Source: Rhodospirillales bacterium
Lineage (GTDB): Bacteria > Pseudomonadota > Alphaproteobacteria > MPNO01 > UBA2964
Length of the DNA: 64,000 nucleotides
Direction of reading: 5' to 3'
Assembly (NCBI GenBank): GCA_038116945.1
Contig: JAYOEY010000002.1
Coordinates: 276,958-340,957 of the forward strand
The first letter of the stretch is position 1, and each line of letters opens with the position of its first letter. The notes below the pieces were generated by a model. It saw only the letters and a list, made by a program, of their open reading frames with translations. It ran no database searches and was not told the DNA's origin. A program made the position numbers and the translations under genes. Shown piece by piece: positions 1 to 7,507 of this stretch.

Positions 1-539
1 AGGAAGAAAAGCGGATCGAGAATCCGGCCTGGCATATCCATGGCGGCCAGCCTCCGTCGGCGGAGGATTCGATCAGCTTCGCGCTGCTTCTCAACCTCGC
101 GTCCGCCTGCAATACCGACGACAAGCAGGTGCTGTGGGGATTCATCTCGCGCTATGCGCCGAACGCGACGCCGGAGAGCGAGCCGATCCTCGACCGCCTG
201 GTGGAACACGCGATCCACTACTATCTGGATTTCGTGAAGCCGGACAAACGGTTCCGCGCCCCGTCGGATGCCGAGCGTGCGGCGCTCGAGGACCTTGCTG
301 CGACGCTTGATGCGCTTTCCCAGGGGGCCGACGCGACGGAGATCCAGAACGAGATTTACGAGGTCGGCAAGCGCAACGGGTTCGAGAACCTGCGCGACTG
401 GTTCAAGGCGCTCTATGAAATCCTGCTCGGCCGCGAGCAGGGTCCGCGCATGGGCTCGTTCGTCGCGCTCTACGGCGTGAACGAAACCCTGTCGCTGATC
501 CGCCGGGTGCTGGCCGGCGAGGATATCTCCGAAGGGTAG
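1..539 (+). CDS. Lysine--tRNA ligase, class I type (C-terminal part; 5' end lies outside the window)
   Basis: The reading frame is open from the window edge to the stop at 537-539. The C-terminal sequence (…FKALYEILLGREQGPRMGSFVALYG…) resembles the anticodon-binding/C-terminal region of class-I LysRS found in alphaproteobacteria. Confidence 0.55.
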   Translation, partial: EEKRIENPAWHIHGGQPPSAEDSISFALLLNLASACNTDDKQVLWGFISRYAPNATPESEPILDRLVEHAIHYYLDFVKPDKRFRAPSDAERAALEDLAATLDALSQGADATEIQNEIYEVGKRNGFENLRDWFKALYEILLGREQGPRMGSFVALYGVNETLSLIRRVLAGEDISEG

Positions 540-543
540 GCGG

Positions 544-870
544 TCAGCCGCGCTTCCTGCGCGACGCCTTTTTCTTGAGCGCTTCCGCAAGTGCTTTCGC
601 GCCTTCCGCCAGCGGTTCCCGGTGGGCTTCGTCGATGGTGGCTTCTTCCGTTACCGCGACCGCCATCTCCTTCAGGATGTCGGCCAGCAGGTAGTAATGC
701 AGGTGTACCGCGACCTCGCGGCGTTCGTCGCTGTGGTTCTCGATCCTGATCAGCACCTCGTCGGCATCGGCGTGCACGTCGAAGGACGAATCCCGGCCGA
801 AGATGCCGTAATAGGCCTTGTCGGGAAAATCGACCGAAACGGATGCCTTGTCGGTAACGGGTTTTCTCAT
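544..870 (-). CDS. Hypothetical protein (108 aa) with a basic C-terminal tail
   Basis: A clean ORF that ends 26 nt after the upstream methyltransferase and is convergent with the LysRS gene. I recognise no family for it, and it ends in KKKASRRKRG. Confidence 0.45.
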   Translation of the reverse strand: MRKPVTDKASVSVDFPDKAYYGIFGRDSSFDVHADADEVLIRIENHSDERREVAVHLHYYLLADILKEMAVAVTEEATIDEAHREPLAEGAKALAEALKKKASRRKRG

Positions 871-896
871 GCCAGACTCTCTCTCAGGGCCCCTGA

Positions 897-1718
897 CTAC
901 TGCCGCTTCCAGCCGATCCCCATGCGCGCGAAATTCGGCACCAGAAGCTGACCTTCCTCAATATGGGGCGCCCAGGCATCGATTAAAGCCTGTTTAAGGC
1001 GGTTGAATTCGATCTCGTCCAGGCCGTCGGTCCTGTCCGCAAAGCTGCGTCTGAGGCCGCTGGTCACGTAGGCGTCCATGTCGGGCACGGCGTTCCGGTA
1101 GCGCAGCTCGCGCTCCTCTGCCCGGACGAAACCCGCCTCGTCGAGCACCGTCCTGATCATGCCTGCTTCGCCCATGCAGTGGCGCGCGGCGGGCGGCGGT
1201 TCCTCCGCGCCGAAAAATTTCGCGATGGTCCGTTGCGGGACGAAGAAGGGCGGGTTCTCGTCGTAGGGACCCCACATGACATAGACGACCCGCCCGCCCG
1301 GTCTCAGCGCCCGCATCGCCTCGCGCGCCGCGGCGACCTTGTCCTCGGCATACATCAGGCCGAACCGGCAGGTGACGCAGTCGAACGCATTGTCGGGAAC
1401 CGGCAGGGCCATCATGTCGGCGGCGGCGAAATGCATGATCGGCAACCCGAGATTGTCGGCCCGGCTGCGTGCCGTCTCCAGCATGCGCGGCGTCAGATCG
1501 GTGCAGACGACCAGCCCGTCGCCCTGCATCGACTCCGCGATGCTGACGGACGGGTTGCCCGTCCCGCCGGCGATATCGAGCAGTTTTTCGCCGGGCTGGA
1601 TGTTGGCCTCGGCGATGATCATCCGGTTGAAGGTGTCGTCCTGAGAGCGCCCTTTCGGCGCCGATTTCGCCCACGCCTTGCTTCGCTCCGCCCACACATC
1701 GGATGCGCTCCTGGCCAT
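897..1718 (-). CDS. Class I SAM-dependent methyltransferase (UbiE/COQ5-like, Methyltransf_11 type), paralog 1
   Basis: It has the glycine-rich SAM-binding motif LDIAGGTGN and a later RPGGRVV motif. The start at 1716-1718 overlaps the stop of the upstream paralog (TAATG). The longer ORF extension to 2090 is a G/R-rich antisense artefact. Confidence 0.75.
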   Translation of the reverse strand: MARSASDVWAERSKAWAKSAPKGRSQDDTFNRMIIAEANIQPGEKLLDIAGGTGNPSVSIAESMQGDGLVVCTDLTPRMLETARSRADNLGLPIMHFAAADMMALPVPDNAFDCVTCRFGLMYAEDKVAAAREAMRALRPGGRVVYVMWGPYDENPPFFVPQRTIAKFFGAEEPPPAARHCMGEAGMIRTVLDEAGFVRAEERELRYRNAVPDMDAYVTSGLRRSFADRTDGLDEIEFNRLKQALIDAWAPHIEEGQLLVPNFARMGIGWKRQ

Positions 1719-2554
1719 TACTTCACTCCGGTTCCGATCCTCGCGACGACGGGAATATCGAACCCGTCGCCGCTCTGCAACGCCCGGGCCGCGTTCTCGA
1801 TCTCGCCGATCAGGTTTTCCCATCCCGTATCGTCCAGCTCGTGCGTGCGGTGCGGGATGGTACGCGCGGCGGCCCGACGGAAGTAGTCGCTGCCCGGTTC
1901 CACCCGTCTCCGCCGCGCGACGGCGCGATCCTCCACCTCGCGAAAACCGGCGCCGTCCAGCAGGGCTCGCAGCGCGCCCTCCTCGCCGAGCGCGTGGCGC
2001 ACCATGCGCGGCTGGAACGCCTCGCCGAAATGAGAGCTGAGTCCCGCGCGAACGGCCTCGAAGGTCGGGTTTTCCTCGTAGGTTCCCCATACCATCCAGG
2101 CGGCGCGCGCCCCCGGCCCGAGAACCCTCCGGGTCTCCGATACGCAGGCCTGTTTGTCCCCGGGGAACATCAGCCCGTTGCGGCAGGTTGCCGCGTCGAA
2201 GGCATTGTCCGCGAACGGCAGGTCGGCCATGTCGCCGACCTCGGTCCGGAAATTCGCGAAACCAAGATTTCGGGCTCTCTTCGCGGCGATCTCCAGCATT
2301 TCCGCCGTCATGTCGAACGCGGTGACGGATCCGGTGCCGTTCAGATGGTCGGCGATGCTGATGGCCGGATCGCCGGTGCCGGCCGCAAGGTCGAGGACGT
2401 GATGCCCCGGCCTGACCGCTGCGGCCTCGATCAGGATCCGGTTATAGGTATCGTCCGCCGCGCGGCCGAGCTCGGTTCCCTCGGTCCATCCGCTGCTGCG
2501 GCCTTTCCAGTAGTCAGCGGGATTTGCAGGCGGGGCGTCGCGCGCGTCGGCCAC
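1718..2554 (-). CDS. Class I SAM-dependent methyltransferase, paralog 2 (tandem duplicate)
   Basis: It shows the LDLAAGTGDP SAM motif and the same overall architecture as paralog 1. It is translationally coupled to paralog 1. Confidence 0.75.
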   Translation of the reverse strand: MADARDAPPANPADYWKGRSSGWTEGTELGRAADDTYNRILIEAAAVRPGHHVLDLAAGTGDPAISIADHLNGTGSVTAFDMTAEMLEIAAKRARNLGFANFRTEVGDMADLPFADNAFDAATCRNGLMFPGDKQACVSETRRVLGPGARAAWMVWGTYEENPTFEAVRAGLSSHFGEAFQPRMVRHALGEEGALRALLDGAGFREVEDRAVARRRRVEPGSDYFRRAAARTIPHRTHELDDTGWENLIGEIENAARALQSGDGFDIPVVARIGTGVK

Positions 2555-2560
2555 GGTTGT

Positions 2561-3193
2561 TTACTGGCTCGCCCAGACGATGCGGTGCATCCAGGCGAGC
2601 TCGCCGGCGGGGACGACGGGGTCCTCGTGGTCCCGGTTGATCGATTTCAGCAATGTCTCGACCGGGGTCTGCCGCACCAGCTCCTTGACCATCACCTCGC
2701 CCCCCTGCGTTCTTACGACAACGCGGTCGCCGGTCGCGACGCGGGCGGCGGGGGACACGATGATCCTGTCGCCGGGCCGGAATACGGGCAGCATGCTGTC
2801 GCCGGTGATTTCCAGCGCATAGGCGCCGTCGTCGCCGACGTCCGGCCCCTCCACCTCGGCCCAGCCGGATCCCGCGGGAAGGCCGCTATCGTCGAAGAAC
2901 CCGCCGGTTCCCGCCCTGGCGAGCCCGATCACCGGATAGCGCGCGCCCAGACCCGCCCCTGCCGGAAGGCCGACATAGCGGACGAAATCGGCCAGCGTCA
3001 GGCCGGTGGCCTCGAGAATCTTGGAAATGCTTTCCGTGGTGGGCCAGCGGGGCTTTCCTTGCGCGTTGATGCGCTTGCTCTTGTTGAAGCTGGTGGGGTC
3101 CAGCCCGGCCCGCCGGGCGAGCCCCGACGGAGAGTGCCCCGTCCCCCGCGCCATCCGGTCGATCCCGTCCCAGATGTCCCGATGCTGAAGCAT
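2561..3193 (-). CDS. LexA/CI-like self-cleaving transcriptional repressor (N-terminal phage-CI-type HTH + C-terminal S24 peptidase domain)
   Basis: The S24 catalytic dyad is visible in sequence: Ser in GDSM and Lys in VMVKEL. The N-terminus matches the CI-repressor HTH pattern. A GGGAGA RBS lies 6 nt upstream of the ATG. Confidence 0.75.
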   Translation of the reverse strand: MLQHRDIWDGIDRMARGTGHSPSGLARRAGLDPTSFNKSKRINAQGKPRWPTTESISKILEATGLTLADFVRYVGLPAGAGLGARYPVIGLARAGTGGFFDDSGLPAGSGWAEVEGPDVGDDGAYALEITGDSMLPVFRPGDRIIVSPAARVATGDRVVVRTQGGEVMVKELVRQTPVETLLKSINRDHEDPVVPAGELAWMHRIVWASQ

Positions 3194-3280
3194 GGTCCGT
3201 CTCCCGTGCTGGCCCTGCTGAAAACGAAAGGCGGAATTATGCGGCCCCGAACGGAACCGGGCAACTCTCGACCGCTTTTC

Positions 3281-3763
3281 TCAGTCGTCCTCTGCGGGCG
3301 CCCGCAAGTCGCTGCCGGTTCCCGAGTAGGACCGGGCATAGGCGTGGATATGGTTGACCATGGCGTGCAGACCGTTTGCCCGGTTGCCGCTCAGATGCGA
3401 GCCGAGTTCGATGGTTTCGAAGAAATCCGGCGGGGTGCTGAGTATCTCGTCGGCCGACCGGCGTGAATACACCCGCAGCAGAAGCGCGATCAGCCCCTGT
3501 ACGATCACCGCGTCGCTGTCGGCTTCGAACACGATCCGTCCTGAATCCTCCGATGCGCGGAACCACACCTGCGACTGGCATCCCCGGACGCGGTACTGCT
3601 CGGTCCGGCAGTCGTCCGGCAGGCCCTCGAGATTGCGGCCGAGCTCGACGATGTATTCGTATCGCTGGACCCAGTCGTCGAACAGCGCGAACTCGTCGAT
3701 GATGCTCTGCTTCGCCTCCTCGATGGTGGCAAATTCCGGTTCCATCAGGGTATCCAGACTCAC
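3281..3763 (-). CDS. sufE: SufE-family cysteine desulfuration (sulfur acceptor) protein
   Basis: It carries the conserved active-site cysteine context RGCQSQVW and the SufE length and pattern. Confidence 0.75.
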   Translation of the reverse strand: MSLDTLMEPEFATIEEAKQSIIDEFALFDDWVQRYEYIVELGRNLEGLPDDCRTEQYRVRGCQSQVWFRASEDSGRIVFEADSDAVIVQGLIALLLRVYSRRSADEILSTPPDFFETIELGSHLSGNRANGLHAMVNHIHAYARSYSGTGSDLRAPAEDD

Positions 3764-3889
3764 GATTGCGGGGGACGGGTGGTTGATATATTAGCTTGCG
3801 CCCGGGGGTTCAATAACTTCGGGCAACAGCGGAGCCGCGCGTACCCGTTCGGCTCGCTCCGAATCGACCGGTAACCTATCGTCAGTGTC

Positions 3890-5020
3890 ATGACTTCCAC
3901 CGTTTTTCCGGATACCCGTCAGGGGCTGTCAGCCGCGCGCGCCGCGCCCGAAGCGCGGAAGAGCCGGTTCGATCCGTTTCGCGCCGGCACGGGGCTCCTC
4001 AGGCGCATCCCGCCGAACATGGCGCATCGCGCGGCAATCCTCGCCCTTAAATACCGCCTGACGCCGACCGATCCCGATCCCGATCCGCCCGTGCTGGCGA
4101 CCCGGCTCTGGGGGATGGATTTCGCGAACCCGATCGGCATGGCGGCCGGCTTCGACAAGGATGCGGAAGCGCTCGACGGTCTGATTGCGTCCGGTTTCGG
4201 ATTCGCGGAGGCCGGCACCGTCACGCCGCGGCCGCAGGACGGCAATCCCCGGCCCAACCTGTTTCGCCTGCCCGCCGATCGGGCCCTGATCAACCGGCTG
4301 GGCTTTCCAAGCCGCGGTCTCGACCGGTTTGCGGAGAATTTCGCATCCCGCGCGCTGACCGGCGGCATCGTCGGCGTAAATGTCGGCATCAATACGGGAA
4401 CCGACGACGCCATCGGCGATATTACGTCCTGCATATCCCGACTCGCGGAACAGGCGTCCTACCTGGTGATCAACGTATCCTGTCCGAACACGCCCGGCCT
4501 CTGCATCTGGCAGGAGCGGGACCATCTCAGGCCGCTGGTGGAGAGCGCCATGGCGGCGCGGGACCGCGCCTCGCGGACGACCCCGCTGCTGATCAAGATT
4601 TCGCCCGATCTGGACGATGCCGGGCTTCAGGCGGTCGCCGAGATCGCCGTCGAGGCGGGGATAGACGGGTTGATCGCGTCGAATACCACTGTCGAACGGC
4701 CGGCGACGCTCAGGGATGCGAACGCCCACGAGAAGGGCGGTCTCAGCGGTCCGCCGCTGGCGGCGGCCGCGACCCGCGCGCTCGCCAGGCTTTACAGTCT
4801 GACAGGAGCGAAAATGCCGATTATCGGCTGCGGCGGCATTACGAATGCAGCCGACGCCTATGCCCGGATTCGCGCCGGGGCCTCGCTGGTCCAGATATAC
4901 ACGGCGCTGGTTTATGGCGGACCGGGCCTGGTGAAGGAAATAAAGGACGGGCTTGCGGCGCTGCTGATCGCCGACGGCTTTTCGTCGGTTGCGGACGCGG
5001 TAGGCGCAGATCGCGCCTGA
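3890..5020 (+). CDS. pyrD: Dihydroorotate dehydrogenase (quinone), class 2
   Basis: It aligns by eye with E. coli PyrD across the protein (GLAAG/FDKD…VTPRPQ…NVSCPNTPG…GGLSG…GASLVQIY). There is a 40-aa N-terminal membrane-association extension. Confidence 0.9.
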   Translation: MTSTVFPDTRQGLSAARAAPEARKSRFDPFRAGTGLLRRIPPNMAHRAAILALKYRLTPTDPDPDPPVLATRLWGMDFANPIGMAAGFDKDAEALDGLIASGFGFAEAGTVTPRPQDGNPRPNLFRLPADRALINRLGFPSRGLDRFAENFASRALTGGIVGVNVGINTGTDDAIGDITSCISRLAEQASYLVINVSCPNTPGLCIWQERDHLRPLVESAMAARDRASRTTPLLIKISPDLDDAGLQAVAEIAVEAGIDGLIASNTTVERPATLRDANAHEKGGLSGPPLAAAATRALARLYSLTGAKMPIIGCGGITNAADAYARIRAGASLVQIYTALVYGGPGLVKEIKDGLAALLIADGFSSVADAVGADRA

Positions 5021-5140
5021 ATTCACCGGCGCGCGACGGATTGACCGGATTCGCCGTATCTCTGCGGCGATGCATTCCGTTAACCATGTTTCAATTGCTT
5101 TGCGGCACGGTTGATCCAGATTTCGGGGAACCCGTCGCCG

Positions 5141-6436
5141 TCAATGACCGTGCTTCATCATATACTCGTTGCGACCGCCTATACGCTGGTAGCCGCGCTG
5201 GCCGCCGTGCTGATCCGGTACTTCGCGCCGCATCTTGGTCCGGACGCCGGCGCGATCATCGGCGGCGTCGTTCTTGCCGGGTCCGCCGTCCTGCACGAGG
5301 TTTTCGCCCGTCAGGAGGGGCAGGCCCGGATAGCCGCTGAAATCGGCCGGCTTCAGGGCGATATCCGCCGGGTCTACGAAACCTTGGATATTGCCGGCGG
5401 CGACATGGTCCAGCTGCGCAAATCCGTCGAGGCGGTTCGCGAGGCAGGCGCCGGTTCCGCCGCCAGGCACGATGTCGAATCGGTCATCGCGGAGGTAAAG
5501 GTACTTCAGGGGCGGATAGAAAAGCTGTCCGAAGCGCGTCCGACCCCGCCCGTCCTTCCGGAAGCAGACCTGGAGGCGGCGACCGGCGATGCCGCGGAGG
5601 CGGAGACCCTTCCGCTTCGGCGCGACAATCCCCGCAATATTGCGCTTGCTACGAAGGACGGAGAGGTGGTCCGTCCCGCCTCCGGGGCGCTGGACGACGA
5701 TGCCATTCTGGAAATCGTCCGCGACGGGCTGGAACAGAACCGGGTCGACCTCGTCCTGCAGCCGATCGTACGCCTGCCCCAGCGGAAGCGTCAGTACTAT
5801 GAGGCCTTTACCCGGATTCGCCAGGAAGACGGCTCTATGCTGGTACCCAACCAGTATATCGGCATCGCCGAGCGCGAAGGGCTCGCGCCCACCATCGACA
5901 ACATGTTGCTCTTCCGCTGTGTCCAGCTCGTCCGCCGTACCCAGAGCAAGAACGCGAATATCGGGTTCTTCTGCAACATTTCCGCTCACAGCCTGACCGA
6001 CCGCCATTTCTTCTCGAATTTTGTGGAGTTCATGGCGGACAACACCCAGCTCGCGCCCGATCTGATCTTCGAATTTCCCTATGCGATCATCGCCAACCGA
6101 GACGTGGAGGTGGAACGCCACCTGCGCCAGCTCGCCGGACTCGGCTTCCGGTTCTCCGTCGATCAGGTGTCCAGCCTCGCCGTCGATTACGACGATCTGG
6201 CGGCGCTCCGGTTCAAGTATCTCAAGATGGATGCCGAAGCCCTGCTGGATGAGGTCCGGCAGCCCACTGGTCCGATCGCCGCCGAAGACATCAAGCGCAT
6301 CGCCGACCGCCACGGAATCGATCTGATCGTCGAGCGGATCGAGAGCGAGAGCCAGCTTCTCGAGCTGCTCGATCTCAGGATCGATTTCGGTCAGGGATAT
6401 CTGTTCGGCGAACCGCGCCTCGCGCGCGTGGATTAG
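5141..6436 (+). CDS. Membrane-anchored EAL-domain protein (c-di-GMP phosphodiesterase family, motifs partly degenerate)
   Basis: It has an N-terminal TM segment, a coiled-coil linker and a C-terminal EAL domain (QPIV, EAF in place of EAL, FFCNIS, GQGYLFG). A TTG at 5111 is an alternative start. Confidence 0.7.
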   Translation, partial: SMTVLHHILVATAYTLVAALAAVLIRYFAPHLGPDAGAIIGGVVLAGSAVLHEVFARQEGQARIAAEIGRLQGDIRRVYETLDIAGGDMVQLRKSVEAVREAGAGSAARHDVESVIAEVKVLQGRIEKLSEARPTPPVLPEADLEAATGDAAEAETLPLRRDNPRNIALATKDGEVVRPASGALDDDAILEIVRDGLEQNRVDLVLQPIVRLPQRKRQYYEAFTRIRQEDGSMLVPNQYIGIAEREGLAPTIDNMLLFRCVQLVRRTQSKNANIGFFCNISAHSLTDRHFFSNFVEFMADNTQLAPDLIFEFPYAIIANRDVEVERHLRQLAGLGFRFSVDQVSSLAVDYDDLAALRFKYLKMDAEALLDEVRQPTGPIAAEDIKRIADRHGIDLIVERIESESQLLELLDLRIDFGQGYLFGEPRLARVD

Positions 6437-6518
6437 GATTAAAGAGAATATCCGCGCTGTTGCGGGTTTGCGTCGGCGCGGACTTGATACGGGGTCCGCG
6501 GCGTGTCACAACGCCGGC

Positions 6519-7400
6519 GCGATGTCTGTTTCCATCCCTCTCCTCTCCGGCATAGGCGCCCTGATCGACGATTACGATGCGGCGATCATCGATCTGTGGG
6601 GCGTGGTTCACGACGGGAAACAACTCTATCCAGGGGTGGGGGACTGTCTTCGGCGTCTGGCCGATTCCGGAAAACCATACGCCATGCTGACCAATGCGCC
6701 GCGCCGTACGAATGCCATCTCCGCTTCCATGGAAGAGATGGGGCTGCCGCGCGATCTGTATCCCGTCATCATGTCGTCGGGCGAAGCCACCTGGCGCGGG
6801 CTGCGCGAACGTCACGAGGCGTTTTTCGACGGCGTTGGAACCGCCTGCTATCACATCGGGCCGGAACGCGACCGGAACCTGTTCGACGGGCAGGATCTGA
6901 CCACGGTCGCGGAAATCGGCGACGCCGACCTGATCGTCAATACAGGGCCGTGGGAGGACGACGAAACCGTCGAAGACTATGCGCCGGTTCTCGACGGGGG
7001 GCTCGACCGCCGCCTTCCGATGATCTGCGCCAACCCCGACCTCGAAGTCATTCGCGGCGGCAAGCGGATAATCTGCGCCGGCGCGCTCGCGAAATACTAT
7101 GAGGACCGGAACGGCAGCGTCCTTTACTACGGCAAGCCGTACCCGCCGATCTATCGTTCCTGCCTGCGCATGCTGGGCGATCCGGATCCGGCGCGCGTCC
7201 TCGGCATCGGAGACTCGCTCAGGACCGATATCGCCGGCGCTGCGGCGATGAACATCGATTCCGTGCTTGTCGTCGGCGGCATCCACGGCGAGGAATTCGG
7301 AATCGGCGGCCCGGTCGCTGAGACGGAGGCGAAGATCGCCGCCGCTTGCGCCGCTCAGGGGCTGGCGCCCAAAGCGGCGGTTGCCAGCCTGGCCTGGTAG
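6519..7400 (+). CDS. HAD-superfamily hydrolase, subfamily IIA (TIGR01459-like)
   Basis: It shows the IIDLWGVVHDG motif I, MLTNAPRR, and the C-terminal GDSLRTDIAGA motif. Confidence 0.75.
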   Translation, partial: AMSVSIPLLSGIGALIDDYDAAIIDLWGVVHDGKQLYPGVGDCLRRLADSGKPYAMLTNAPRRTNAISASMEEMGLPRDLYPVIMSSGEATWRGLRERHEAFFDGVGTACYHIGPERDRNLFDGQDLTTVAEIGDADLIVNTGPWEDDETVEDYAPVLDGGLDRRLPMICANPDLEVIRGGKRIICAGALAKYYEDRNGSVLYYGKPYPPIYRSCLRMLGDPDPARVLGIGDSLRTDIAGAAAMNIDSVLVVGGIHGEEFGIGGPVAETEAKIAAACAAQGLAPKAAVASLAW

Positions 7401-7507
7401 GTTCCGCGCTCTTCCTCCTTTTCTTGGTGCGAAACGACGCGGTTGGGTATAATCCCGCGATTGGACCCTACTTAACCAACGGACCAAAAAAGGAAGACAC
7501 GGGGCTG

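Noticed and set aside
1703-3466. 587-aa plus-strand ORF spanning methyltransferase 2, the S24 repressor and sufE
   Set aside because: It is antisense to three well-supported minus-strand genes. The translation is R/G/P/A-rich low-complexity sequence typical of high-GC shadow ORFs, and it contains no domains.
3929-5026. 365-aa minus-strand ORF antisense to pyrD
   Set aside because: pyrD on the plus strand aligns along its full length to E. coli PyrD, and the antisense frame is Arg/Gly-rich junk.
5141-6313. 390-aa minus ORF antisense to the EAL gene; 6375-7523 minus ORF antisense to the HAD hydrolase
   Set aside because: These are shadow ORFs. The sense-strand products have recognisable domains, while the antisense products have none and show biased R/G/D composition.
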